DNA of 64,000 bases from Thalassobaculaceae bacterium (GCA_965228875.1 OZ245843.1:2338616-2402615), one strand, 5' to 3'; positions 29,979 through 39,813 are shown, counted from the first letter of the stretch. Notes: generated by a model not told the origin, from the letters alone. Numbers and translations: made by a program.

Positions 29979-32291
29979 TTACCCTTCCACCTTCGGCGGG
30001 CGCATCACCGTGACGTCCGGTACCGCACCGTCGACCCTGGCGACCTCGACCAGCGTGGAATGCGCGGTCGGACCCTGGCCGAGACGCGACGTCCCCCGGT
30101 CGCGGGTCAGGACGTTGGGGTTGCCGTGCACCTCCAGCCCGCCGGGCGTCTGCGGGTCGTACCAGGCCCCGGTGGAGAGCTGGATGACCCCCGGCATCAC
30201 GTGGTCGGCGACGATCGCGCCGGCGAGGCAGGCGCCCCGGTCGTTCCACACCCGCACGATGTCGCCGGAGGAGATCCCCCGCGCCGCCGCGTCGTCGGGA
30301 TGGATGGTCATCGGCTCGCGCCCCGCCACCTTCGAGCCCTGGCTGACCTGGCCGCAGTCGAGTTGGCTGTGCAGCCGGGTGCGGGGCTGATTCGACATCA
30401 GGTGCAGCGGGAACTCCGCCGTCCTCGCCGACCCGAGCCACTCGTCCGGTTCGCGCCACACCGGATGGCCAGGACAGTCGTCGTAGCCGAACCCGTCGAT
30501 CGTCTCGGAGAAGATCTCGATCCGGCCACTCGGCGTCCGCAGCGGGTTGGCCTCGGGATCGTCGCGGAACGCCTCCAGCATCACCATCGGCTTCTCGGGA
30601 TCCGGCAACTCGTAGTGCTCGTTCTCCCAGAAATCCTCGAAGGTCGGCAGTTCGAACCCGGCTTCCGCGGCGCGCTGGCGCGACTGCTCCCAGAGATGCC
30701 GGATCCAGTCCATCTCGTCCCGCCCCTCGGTGAAGCGGTCGGCGAATCCCAGACGCTCGGCCAGGCCGGTGAAGATCTCGTAGTCCGGCCGGCTCTCGCC
30801 GACCCGCGGAATCGCCTGCTTCATCGCCGAGGACAGCGGTTCCCACTTGGTGATCGACAGGTCGTTGCGCTCCAGCGACGTGGTCGACGGGAAGACGATG
30901 TCGGCGTGTCGCGCCATCGAGGTCCAGAAGATCTCGTTGACGATGATCGTGTCCGGCTGCCGGAAGGCGCGGACCATCTGGTTGATGTCCTGGTGGTGGT
31001 GGAACGGATTGCCCCCGGCCCAGTACACCAGCCGGATATCGGGATAGCTCCGCCGCTCGCCGTTGAAATCATACGGCTCGCCCGGATGCAGCAGCATGTC
31101 GGAAATGCGGGCGACCGGAATGAAATCCTTCACATTGTTGATGCCCTGGGGCACCGACGGCCAGCGGAACAGCTTGACCGGATTGCCGATGCCGTTCTCC
31201 GAGCTGTAACCGAGACCGAAGCCGCCGCCGGGCAACCCGATCTGCCCCAGCATCGCCGCCAGCACCACGGTCATCCAGATCGGCTGCTCGCCGTATTCCG
31301 AACGCTGCATCGACCAGGTGGCGTTGATCATCGTACGCTTCGACGCCATGCGCCGGGCGAGGCCGCGGATGGTCTCGGCGTCGACCCCGCTGATCGACGC
31401 CGCCCAGTCCGCGGTCTTCGGCTGGCCGTCGCTCTCGCCGCGCAGATAGGCCTCGAACGGCGCGAAGCCGACCGTGTAGCGCGCCAGGAAACCGGTGTCG
31501 TGCAGCCCTTCGCTGACCAGGGTATGGGCCAGCGCCAGCATGATGGCGACGTCGGAGCCGGGGCGCGGGGCGATCCACTCGCCGCCCAGATCCGGCGGCA
31601 GGTCGGACCGGATCGGGCTGAGATAGACAAGCTCGCAGCCGGCATCGGCGCAGTCGCGCAGGCCGTGATAGACGGTGTGCCGCCCGACGCCGCCGGACGT
31701 GACCTGGCTGTTCTTCACCGGCATGCCGCCGAACATCACCAGCAGTTCGCAATGCTCCGCCAGCACCGGCCACGTCGTATGGGTGCTCAGGATCTCGGCG
31801 AACGGACCGACGATATGCGGGACGATGGTCTCGGCCGCGGCGTAGGAATACGTTCCCTTGTGGCCGACATAGCCGCCGAGCTGGTTGAAAAAGCGGTGAA
31901 TCTGCGAGTTGGCGTGGTGGAACCGGCCGGCGCTGGCCCAGCCGTAGGAACCGGCATACATCGCCCCGTTGCCGTGCTCGGCCCGGATCCGCTCCAGTTC
32001 CTCGGCCGCCATGTCGAGCGCCTCGTCCCAGGGTACGGCGACGAACGGCTCGCTGCCGCGGCCCGAGCGGTCGCTGTTGTGCCGCTTCTCCAGCCAGCCC
32101 TTGCGCACATGCGGACGGCCGACCCGCGTCTCGTGGGTGACGGCGTCGACGATGCCGGGTCCGATGATCGCCGGCGCGGGATCCTTGTCGTAGTCGTGTA
32201 GGGCGACGACGCGGTCGTCCTCGATCTCGGCGTAGTAGGTGCCCCAATGGGTGGCGGTCGGAACCAGCCGGCGCTTGATCGCGGTGCTCAT
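29979..32291 (-). CDS. Cytoplasmic molybdopterin (Mo-bisPGD) S/N-oxide reductase, BisC/DMSO reductase family
   Basis: ATHWG, GSYGWASAG, GTYS (Ser ligand), GQIGLPGGG, TPSGRIEI, RLHSQL, GAWYDP; no twin-arginine leader and no Fe-S Cys motif. Confidence 0.92.
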   Translation of the reverse strand: MSTAIKRRLVPTATHWGTYYAEIEDDRVVALHDYDKDPAPAIIGPGIVDAVTHETRVGRPHVRKGWLEKRHNSDRSGRGSEPFVAVPWDEALDMAAEELERIRAEHGNGAMYAGSYGWASAGRFHHANSQIHRFFNQLGGYVGHKGTYSYAAAETIVPHIVGPFAEILSTHTTWPVLAEHCELLVMFGGMPVKNSQVTSGGVGRHTVYHGLRDCADAGCELVYLSPIRSDLPPDLGGEWIAPRPGSDVAIMLALAHTLVSEGLHDTGFLARYTVGFAPFEAYLRGESDGQPKTADWAASISGVDAETIRGLARRMASKRTMINATWSMQRSEYGEQPIWMTVVLAAMLGQIGLPGGGFGLGYSSENGIGNPVKLFRWPSVPQGINNVKDFIPVARISDMLLHPGEPYDFNGERRSYPDIRLVYWAGGNPFHHHQDINQMVRAFRQPDTIIVNEIFWTSMARHADIVFPSTTSLERNDLSITKWEPLSSAMKQAIPRVGESRPDYEIFTGLAERLGFADRFTEGRDEMDWIRHLWEQSRQRAAEAGFELPTFEDFWENEHYELPDPEKPMVMLEAFRDDPEANPLRTPSGRIEIFSETIDGFGYDDCPGHPVWREPDEWLGSARTAEFPLHLMSNQPRTRLHSQLDCGQVSQGSKVAGREPMTIHPDDAAARGISSGDIVRVWNDRGACLAGAIVADHVMPGVIQLSTGAWYDPQTPGGLEVHGNPNVLTRDRGTSRLGQGPTAHSTLVEVARVDGAVPDVTVMRPPKVEG

Positions 32292-32329
32292 GTCTCTCGT
32301 CCCTCTCTCGGAGGCCCCCGGGCGGGGGC

Positions 32330-35035
32330 TCAGGCCAGGGCGGCGTCGATGACCGCCGCCTGCTCGGCCCGATGCCACGCCCCCCAGCCCACGGCGGGCG
32401 ACGGTGCGGCGTCGCGCCCCACATAGGTGACACGCGCCCCGGCCCCGCGCAAGTCGCCGAGAACACCGTCCAGGTGCGGGCGCAGGTGGCGCCACGCCCC
32501 CATGTTCTCCGGCTCCTCCTGGGCCCAGACGATTTCCGCGTCGCGATGCCGCGACAGGAGCGCAGCGAGCGCCGGTTCCGGAACGGGATAGAGCTCCTCG
32601 ACCCGCACCAGGGCGACATCGCCGACGCCGCGTTCGCGCCGGGCCGCCGCCAGCTCGAAGTAGAGCTTTCCGCAGGTCAGGACGACACGCCGCGCGCCGC
32701 GAGCAACGTCCGCGTCGTCGATCACCGGCCGGAAGCGGGTGCCGGCGCCCATCTCCTCCAGCCGCGAAACCGCCTCGCCGTGGCGCAGGCCAGACTTGGC
32801 CGTCAGCAGGACCAGAGGCCGGCGCCAGGGTGCCACGATCTGCCGGCGCAGGGCATGGAACAGGTTGGCCGGCGAGGCGCAGGCGACGACGCTGATGTTG
32901 CCGCGCGCCGCCATCTGCAGGAAACGCTCCGGTCGGGCGGAGGAGTGTTCCGGCCCGCCACCTTCCAGGCCGTGCGGCAGCATCAGCACCAGGCCGGACT
33001 GCCGCAGCCACTTGTCGTCGCCGGAGACCAGGAACTGGTCGATCACCGCCTGGGCGCCGTTGGCGAAATCGCCGAACTGCGCCTCCCAGCAGACCAGGGT
33101 GTCCGGATCATCGACCGACATGCCGTACTCGAAGGCCAGACAGGCCTCCTCGGTCAGCGGGCTGTCGGCGACCGTCAGGTGGTCCGGCGTGGCCGCGAGC
33201 GCGCCCAACGGCGTGTGCTCCGCGCCGGTCGTTTGGTCGAACACGACCGCGTGGCGCTGGGAGAATGTGCCGCGGCGGCTGTCCTGTCCCGTCAGGCGCA
33301 CCGCCCTGCCCTCCTCGAGCAGCGACGCGAAGGCCAGCGCCTCGGCGGTGGCGAAGGCAACCCCGTCGTCGAGTCCGTCGATCCGGTCGCGCCATTGACG
33401 GGCGATCTTGGCATTGAGCGCGAAGCCGTCGGGCACCGACACGCTCGCCTCGGCAAGGCGGCGCAGGCGCCCGGCCCCGATCCCGGTCGCCGGCTCCCCG
33501 CCCTCGCTGTCACCGTCGCCACGCGGCGACAGCGCCGACCAGCGCCCGCCGAGCCGGTCCGCCTCGTTCGGCCGGTAGGCCTTGGCCGATGCGAAACCGG
33601 TGTCGAGCGCCGACCAGTGCGCCGCGGCGAGTGCCGCCGCCCCGTCCTGATCGATGGCGCCGGCCTCGATACAGGTTCGGGCATAGCGCTGCGGCGCGCC
33701 CTCGGTCTCGGCGATCCGAGCATAGCGCACCGGTTCGGTGAACATCGGCTCCTCGAGCTCGTTATGACCACGCCGGCGATACCCGACGATGTCGACAAGG
33801 ATGTCCCTGCGGAACCGCTGGCGGAACGCGAGCGCGATCCGTCCGGCGCGGGCACAGGCGTCGACGTCGTCGGCCGAGACGTGGATCACCGGCGCGCCGA
33901 TCGCCTTGGCCACGTCGCTGGCGTGACGGGAGGATCGGCCGTGCTCCGGCTTCACCGTGAAGGCGAGCTGGTTGTTCACCAGCACATGGACCGAACCGCC
34001 GACGCCGTAGGCCGGCAGGTCGGCGAGTTGCAGCAGTTCGGCGACCACGCCCTGGCCGGAGAAGGCGCCATCGGTATGGATCAGCAGCGGCAGCACGCGG
34101 CTGGCCGGATCGGTCGCCCCGGCCCGGCGCATCCGCTCCAGGATCGACCGCGTCTTGCCCAGCGTGACGGCGGACACGATCTCCACATGGCTGGGGTTCG
34201 AGGGCATGGTCAGCCGGATCCGCCGGCCCGCGAACACCCGCTCCCCGGAGTAGCCGAGGTGATAGGGCACGTCCGACGACGCCACGATCCCCTCCGGAAC
34301 CTGGGGCGTTCCCTGAAGTTCCGAGAACGCCGCCGCCAGCGGCTTGCCGATCAGCCGGGTGATGAGGGTCAGGCGCCCGCGGTGCATCGGCGCGATCACC
34401 GAGCGCTCGACTCCGTCGCCGGCCGCGTCGGCGACGATCGCCTCAAGCAGCACAACCAGCGCCTCCAGCCCCTCGATACCGAACCGCTTGTTGGTCGGCA
34501 GGCGCTTGTTCATGAAGACTTCCATGGCGTCCGCCGCCAGCATCGCGTCGAGGCGCGCCCGGCGCTCGGCGACGCTCGCGTCGGCGAAGCGCCCCTCCTC
34601 CACCGCCGCGATCATCCAGTCGCGAGCCTCAGGATCCTCGAGATGCATGACCTCGGCGGTGAATCGCCCACCCCAGGCGGCGCGAAGACGGTCTCCAAGC
34701 GCCTGCGGGGTCGTTCCGGCCACCGCTGTGTCCAGATCGGCCGGCCCGAGCCCATGCGCCTGCGGGTCGAGTTCCGGGTGACCGGGCGGCCGGCGCAGGT
34801 CCAGCGGGTCCAACATGGCGGCGAGATGGCCGTGGGTGCGCCAGGCGGCGGTCAGGCGTTCGCAGGCGACCGACAGTCGCGCGTCGCCCACCGCCTCGCG
34901 CTCTTGCGCGTCGCCCCTGTCGGCATACGGGGCGAACATCGCCCAGAGCGACGGGTCGACCGACAGCGGGTCTTTCAGGAAACGGACGTACAGATCGTCG
35001 AGGTAGCCGGCCCCGGCCGTGGGAAGCGGATGCAT
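32330..35035 (-). CDS. Divergent 2-oxoglutarate dehydrogenase E1 (SucA-like) paralog
   Basis: KRFGIEGLE, HRGRL, DVPYHLG, NPSHVE, NNQLAFT, YRRRGHNE, GQDSRRGTFSQRH, WEAQFGDFANGAQ, PHGLEGGGPEHSSAR. Confidence 0.9.
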   Translation of the reverse strand: MHPLPTAGAGYLDDLYVRFLKDPLSVDPSLWAMFAPYADRGDAQEREAVGDARLSVACERLTAAWRTHGHLAAMLDPLDLRRPPGHPELDPQAHGLGPADLDTAVAGTTPQALGDRLRAAWGGRFTAEVMHLEDPEARDWMIAAVEEGRFADASVAERRARLDAMLAADAMEVFMNKRLPTNKRFGIEGLEALVVLLEAIVADAAGDGVERSVIAPMHRGRLTLITRLIGKPLAAAFSELQGTPQVPEGIVASSDVPYHLGYSGERVFAGRRIRLTMPSNPSHVEIVSAVTLGKTRSILERMRRAGATDPASRVLPLLIHTDGAFSGQGVVAELLQLADLPAYGVGGSVHVLVNNQLAFTVKPEHGRSSRHASDVAKAIGAPVIHVSADDVDACARAGRIALAFRQRFRRDILVDIVGYRRRGHNELEEPMFTEPVRYARIAETEGAPQRYARTCIEAGAIDQDGAAALAAAHWSALDTGFASAKAYRPNEADRLGGRWSALSPRGDGDSEGGEPATGIGAGRLRRLAEASVSVPDGFALNAKIARQWRDRIDGLDDGVAFATAEALAFASLLEEGRAVRLTGQDSRRGTFSQRHAVVFDQTTGAEHTPLGALAATPDHLTVADSPLTEEACLAFEYGMSVDDPDTLVCWEAQFGDFANGAQAVIDQFLVSGDDKWLRQSGLVLMLPHGLEGGGPEHSSARPERFLQMAARGNISVVACASPANLFHALRRQIVAPWRRPLVLLTAKSGLRHGEAVSRLEEMGAGTRFRPVIDDADVARGARRVVLTCGKLYFELAAARRERGVGDVALVRVEELYPVPEPALAALLSRHRDAEIVWAQEEPENMGAWRHLRPHLDGVLGDLRGAGARVTYVGRDAAPSPAVGWGAWHRAEQAAVIDAALA

Positions 35036-35072
35036 GGCGGTTCGTGCCGTCGATTATGGGACTGGAAAAATT

Positions 35073-35088
35073 GTATGCAGATGCATAC
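35073..35088. promoter_or_regulatory. Palindromic operator-like site in the divergent promoter region
   Basis: Perfect GTATGCA-GA-TGCATAC between the SucA-like and ComD-like starts. Confidence 0.65.
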
Positions 35089-35159
35089 CGGTATCTTTAC
35101 AGACCGGAGTCCCGGCGCCTAGCCTTCGGTTTTCCTTGGCAAATCAGAAACGGCACCCC

Positions 35160-35696
35160 ATGGATGAACATTGGAGCGTGGCGGCCCACCGGCACTTGAA
35201 AGCCGCCGGCGTCCGCCAGATCGGCTACGTGCCGGACGGCGGTCTGCGCCTTCTGATCGAGCGGTGTCTCGCCGACAACGAGATCGAGACCGTGATGTGC
35301 GCCACCGAGGAGGAGGCGGTCGGACTGTCGGCGGGCGCCTGGCTCGGCGGACAGAAGTCGGCGGTTCTGATGCAGTCCAGCGGCGTCGGAAACACCATCA
35401 ACGCCATCGCATCGCTGATCACGTCCGCCAGTTTCCCGTTCTTCGCCATCGTCACGATGCGCGGCCAGTGGGGCGAGGGAAACCCGTGGCAGGTACCGAT
35501 GGGCCAGGCCGTGGTCCCGGCGCTGGAAGCGGTGGGCGTGAAGACGTTCCAGGCTGAGTCCGCCGAAGCCGTCGACATGATGATCGAGTCCGGACTGCGC
35601 ATGGCCTATTCGACCGACACGCCGGTTGCCGTTCTCGTCGGTCAGAAGGTGGTCGGGTCGAAGGTGTGGACGGCTGGAAAGGCGGTGAACCAATGA
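35160..35696 (+). CDS. ThDP-dependent decarboxylase alpha subunit (ComD/phosphonopyruvate decarboxylase-like)
   Basis: YVPD, TEEEAVG, MQSSGVGN, MRGQWGEGNPWQVPMG. Confidence 0.87.
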   Translation: MDEHWSVAAHRHLKAAGVRQIGYVPDGGLRLLIERCLADNEIETVMCATEEEAVGLSAGAWLGGQKSAVLMQSSGVGNTINAIASLITSASFPFFAIVTMRGQWGEGNPWQVPMGQAVVPALEAVGVKTFQAESAEAVDMMIESGLRMAYSTDTPVAVLVGQKVVGSKVWTAGKAVNQ

Positions 35697-36289
35697 CCGA
35701 GATATCCCTGCACCGCCGCGACGTTCTCGCCACCGCCCTGGCCGAGCGCGGCGACGCGCTGATGGTCTCCGGTCTCGGATCCACGACGTGGGACCTCGCC
35801 TCGTTCGGCGACCGGCCGGAGAACTTCTATCTCTGGGGCGCGATGGGCAACGCGACGATGATCGGCCTCGGGCTTGCGCTGGCCCGCCCGGAGCGTCGGG
35901 TCGTCGTCGTCACCGGCGACGGCGAGATGCTGATGGGCATGACCAGCTTTTCGACCATCGGCGCGAGACGGCCGAGCAACCTGGCAATCTGTGTCATCGA
36001 CAACGAGACCTATACCGAAACCGGCCGACAGCCGACCGCCACCGGCCGCGGCACCGATCTCTCGGCGGTGGCGGCGGCCTGCGGCTTCGCGCGGACGGCG
36101 ATGATCCGCACCGAAGCGGAAGCCAAGGACCTGGGCGGCCTGCTGTTCCACGAGCCGGGACCGGTCTGCGCCGTGGTCAAGGTGGTGGACGAAGACCTGC
36201 CGATGTCGGTGCCGCCGCGCGACGGCGGTTACCTGAAGACCCGCTTCCGCATCGGTCTGCTGGGCGAGGACAGCGCCACCCAACCCTAG
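35693..36289 (+). CDS. ThDP-dependent decarboxylase beta subunit (ComE-like)
   Basis: ATGA overlap with the alpha subunit; NFYLWGAMG, GDGEMLM...DNETY.ETG.Q ThDP motif. Confidence 0.87.
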   Translation: MTEISLHRRDVLATALAERGDALMVSGLGSTTWDLASFGDRPENFYLWGAMGNATMIGLGLALARPERRVVVVTGDGEMLMGMTSFSTIGARRPSNLAICVIDNETYTETGRQPTATGRGTDLSAVAAACGFARTAMIRTEAEAKDLGGLLFHEPGPVCAVVKVVDEDLPMSVPPRDGGYLKTRFRIGLLGEDSATQP

Positions 36290-36469
36290 GCCGACGTCGC
36301 GCGCCGGCCCGGCCGGCGGACGGACGGGTGACAGCGGCGATCCGGGTGACCAGGGCACGATCGGGTGTTTCCATGTGATCGTGGTTTACTCTAAACGGTG
36401 TGTCGCGGGACGGCGGGCGTATGTCGACGCCCCGTGATCCGCCAGACGGGACCAGACCAAGGGCACGGC

Positions 36470-37243
36470 ATGCAGCAGGACGACGCGGTCCAGGCATTGC
36501 GGGAACGGGTGGCGGCCGAGTTCCGGGTGGACGAGGCGGCGGCTCGGACCTTCTTTCCCGGCCCGGTCTATACCGACGTCCTGAAATGGCTCCACGCGCA
36601 TGGCGCTCCCGATTTCTACCTGGAGATCGGCGTCAAGTCCGGGGGCTCGCTGTCCCAGGCGGGCCCGGCGACACGCTGTCTGGCGATCGACCCCGCTCCC
36701 CGCCTCCCCGAGGATCTCGCGCGTCGGGTCATCCTGTTTCCCGGAACGAGCGACGCCTTCTTCGAGCGATACGACCTCGGGGAACTGCTGAACGGCCGGA
36801 CGGTCGACCTCGCCTTCATCGACGGCCTGCACACCTACGACCAGGTGCTCCGCGATTTCATCAACGTCGAGCGGTGCTGCGACCCGCAGTCGCTGATCGT
36901 GCTGCACGACGTGGCGCCGCTGGATGCCCGGGTGGCCTCGCGCGAGCGGGCGACGCGGTTCTGGGCCGGCGATGTCTGGAAGGCGGTTCCGATCCTCGAG
37001 CGGCTTCGGCCCGACCTCACTCTCACCTACGTGCCGTGCTTTCCCACCGGGTTGCTGCTGGTCACCGATCTCGACCCGTCGAGTACGGTTCTGGAAGCCC
37101 GGTTCGAGACCGCCGTTTCCGACCTCCAAGGCGCCGTCTTCGAGGGTCCCGCCGACCGGGTCGTCGGCCACCTGCCGGCCTGTGCCAATGCCGAGGATGC
37201 GGTGCGGCGGTTCGTCGGGGAACACTGGCGGCGGGCCGGATAG
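36470..37243 (+). CDS. Class I SAM methyltransferase (Methyltransf_24-like)
   Basis: YLEIGV..GGS, AIDP, TSDAFF, FIDGLHTY, LHD, WAGDVWK. Confidence 0.85.
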   Translation: MQQDDAVQALRERVAAEFRVDEAAARTFFPGPVYTDVLKWLHAHGAPDFYLEIGVKSGGSLSQAGPATRCLAIDPAPRLPEDLARRVILFPGTSDAFFERYDLGELLNGRTVDLAFIDGLHTYDQVLRDFINVERCCDPQSLIVLHDVAPLDARVASRERATRFWAGDVWKAVPILERLRPDLTLTYVPCFPTGLLLVTDLDPSSTVLEARFETAVSDLQGAVFEGPADRVVGHLPACANAEDAVRRFVGEHWRRAG

Positions 37244-37247
37244 GCCA

Positions 37248-38294
37248 ATGCGCGTGACGGCTCTCGTCTGCGAGGTGACCTCACACCTCGATTTCGGCGG
37301 GTTCGGATTCGTCCGGCTGGCCGACGCCTTCGCCGCCCGCGGCCACACCCTGTCCTGGATCGCCGGCCCGACGCCGGCCGACTGGCTGAAGTCGCGCGGA
37401 TTCTCGGTGCGGACCGATCCGCACATCCGCCGGCTGACTGACGCGGAGAAGGCACAGACCAAGCTCGGTGCCCGCATGGGTGCGGCGCTGGCCGGCGCCG
37501 ACCTGATTCTCTGCGACATGCGTCTGGCCGCCCTCGGTCCGATCGCCCGAAGCCTGGGCATCCCGCTTGTCGGTGTCGGCTGGCCCGGCGGGCGGTGGGA
37601 CGACAGGACACTGCATGGTCTGAACTCCCTCAGCCCGGTGCCGGGGGCCGGCCCGAGCCGGCTGCTGGATCAGGCCGAAGCCTTCGCCGTGTTCCTGCCC
37701 CGACGGTTCTACGGCGGCGACCTGCAGCCCACCACGCTGTCGATCCACCACCTGGACACCGAGACCCGGATCAGCGCCCGCGATCCCGATGCCAAGCGGA
37801 TCACCGTCACACTGGGCAGCAAAGGCGACCCGAGCCGCGTCGCGCGCTACCTCTCCGTCCTGCCTGCGGACTTCACCGTCGACCTGTTCCACTCCGCTTC
37901 GAATGCGGAGGACCATGCCGAGACCTTCGCCCGGCTGCGCATGGACCCTCGGGTCAGGCTTCGCGGCTGGCAGGATCTCAGAACCGCCGTCGCACCGTCC
38001 GCCTATGCGGTCACCCTGGGCGGCATCTCGTCGATCTGGCGGGCGCTGGCGCTCGATCTGCCGATGCTCGGCGTGCCCGTCGGGCGCGGCGACCAGGGCT
38101 ACAACTGCGCGCGCATCGAAGCCTCCGGGCTCGGCCGTCGGCTTCCTCCCGACATCGATGATGAGGCGGCACTGACGGTCCACCGGGACATGATGCGCCG
38201 GTCCGTCGAGGCCCCGCCGTCGGCCGTGATCTCCGCCGACGACTACGACTGCGGCCTTGAGCAGGCGGTGGAGCGGTTCGAGCGCCTGGTCTGA
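37248..38294 (+). CDS. GT-B fold glycosyltransferase (GT1/GT28-like), divergent
   Basis: LADAFAARGH, VTLGS, W...VTLGGISS..AL...P..GDQGYNCARI...GLG UDP-sugar-binding region; 4 bp after the methyltransferase. Confidence 0.75.
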   Translation: MRVTALVCEVTSHLDFGGFGFVRLADAFAARGHTLSWIAGPTPADWLKSRGFSVRTDPHIRRLTDAEKAQTKLGARMGAALAGADLILCDMRLAALGPIARSLGIPLVGVGWPGGRWDDRTLHGLNSLSPVPGAGPSRLLDQAEAFAVFLPRRFYGGDLQPTTLSIHHLDTETRISARDPDAKRITVTLGSKGDPSRVARYLSVLPADFTVDLFHSASNAEDHAETFARLRMDPRVRLRGWQDLRTAVAPSAYAVTLGGISSIWRALALDLPMLGVPVGRGDQGYNCARIEASGLGRRLPPDIDDEAALTVHRDMMRRSVEAPPSAVISADDYDCGLEQAVERFERLV

Positions 38295-38391
38295 TTCCCC
38301 CAACCACCCGGCAGGTCATCGCCGGGGGTTCCGCATCGGCGGTTGGCGCGCCAAGGTTCCGATCCGCACCGCGTCAAACGAGGATCCCGGA

Positions 38392-38853
38392 ATGCAGTTC
38401 ACCTGGAACACGCCGGAGGAGGACCGCGCCGCCATCGAGCGCTGGTTCGCCACCTGGAGCGATCAGGTCGCCGCCGTCGACTTCGCGCCCGCCCATGACC
38501 TGTTCGCAGACAATATCGCCAGTTTCGGCACTCACATGGACGTGGTCGAGGGGCTCGACTCCCTGGCCGCCAACCAGTGGCGCAGCGTCTGGCCGACGAT
38601 CGAGGATTTTCGGTGGAACGTGGAGACGCTGAAGGTCGGCGTATCGCCGGACCGCCTGTTCGCGATCGGCATCGTGACCTTCTCCTCGACCGGCATCGCC
38701 GAGGACGGCTCGCGCTTCTCCCGTCCGGGTCGGGGCACGGTCGCCTTCGCGCGCGCCCGCACGGCCGACGACTGGAAGGGCGTCCACACCCATATCTCGC
38801 TCAACCCCGGCACTCCGCAGCGCAGTCACGGCCGCCGGTCGGCGAAGAGCTGA
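38392..38853 (+). CDS. NTF2/SnoaL-like protein
   Basis: Alpha+beta pattern, ASFGT, QWRSVW, W.GVHTHIS; GAGGA RBS. Confidence 0.8.
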   Translation: MQFTWNTPEEDRAAIERWFATWSDQVAAVDFAPAHDLFADNIASFGTHMDVVEGLDSLAANQWRSVWPTIEDFRWNVETLKVGVSPDRLFAIGIVTFSSTGIAEDGSRFSRPGRGTVAFARARTADDWKGVHTHISLNPGTPQRSHGRRSAKS

Positions 38854-38874
38854 GCCGGCGGCCGACCGGCGACG

Positions 38875-39813
38875 TTACCGGTTCCAGGGAAGCGCCGCCT
38901 CGTCCTCCGCCACCAACCAGCAGCCGCCGAGCCCGGCCGACAGCGGCAGCGAGACGGTGCCGGGCGCCGAGCCGTCCCGCGGCGCGAAACCGCGCCCCTC
39001 GAGGAACCGCCGGGTTGCCGCCAGGTCGTCCGACAGAAGCGCGTAGCCGGCGACGCCGGGGGCCGGCGGCACCTCGCCCCCCGGCAGGAGAGCGGCCGCG
39101 CGTTCCGGCGATGCCAGCAGAATACCGCCACGGGCCAGCGGAAAGCGGATCAGGTCGCGCTCCAGACGGACCGGCTCGGTCTCGGTAAAGCGGGCGTACC
39201 GCCCCTCGGCTTCGGCAAGGTCGAGCGGGACGATGATCGCATCGCGCAGCGCGACGATGCCGTTCTCGTGCCGCATCCAGGCCTCCTGCCACACCAGGGC
39301 CTCGGTGTGGTGGGTGAGCACCTGGACCCGCCCCTCCGGCATGTCGGTCTCCGGGTTCTTGATGACCGTGAACGCCGCCTCGTCGGCGCCGATCTCGGTG
39401 CCGTCCTCGGCGAGCAGCGGCACCGCCCGTTTCAGCGGCGTCGGCTCCTGAGGGTGGAAGCCGGCCGCCTCCTGCCGGGCGCGACGGGCGGCGGCATCGG
39501 CGTCGGTCATCGCGACAATGTGAACACCGGTGTAACGGTCGAGCTGGCGGCGGGTCCGGGCGCCGGTCGGCGTCGTCTCGTCGGTGACCGTAATCACCTC
39601 CAGATAACCTTCGCGCAGCATGACGCAGCGGTTCGCCGTGCCGATGGGCAGGCGCTGACCGGTGTCATCCGTATACGCGTGCAGGACGTAAGGGGTCTGG
39701 ACGAAGCCAAGCCGGGTCAGCTCGACATGGGCCGCCTCGATATCGGTTACGAAGTGACCGAGATGGTCCAAGAAGGTCTCGCCCGTCTGGGGGAGTTGTC
39801 GCCAGGACGCCAT
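38875..39813 (-). CDS. VOC/glyoxalase-like protein
   Basis: FLDHLGHFV, LGF, GTANRCVML..GYLE, HENG. Confidence 0.82.
   Translation of the reverse strand: MASWRQLPQTGETFLDHLGHFVTDIEAAHVELTRLGFVQTPYVLHAYTDDTGQRLPIGTANRCVMLREGYLEVITVTDETTPTGARTRRQLDRYTGVHIVAMTDADAAARRARQEAAGFHPQEPTPLKRAVPLLAEDGTEIGADEAAFTVIKNPETDMPEGRVQVLTHHTEALVWQEAWMRHENGIVALRDAIIVPLDLAEAEGRYARFTETEPVRLERDLIRFPLARGGILLASPERAAALLPGGEVPPAPGVAGYALLSDDLAATRRFLEGRGFAPRDGSAPGTVSLPLSAGLGGCWLVAEDEAALPWNR

Noticed and set aside
36325..36370. Three CGGGTG-containing degenerate repeats with 18-19-bp spacing
   Set aside because: Too short and degenerate for a GC-rich background.
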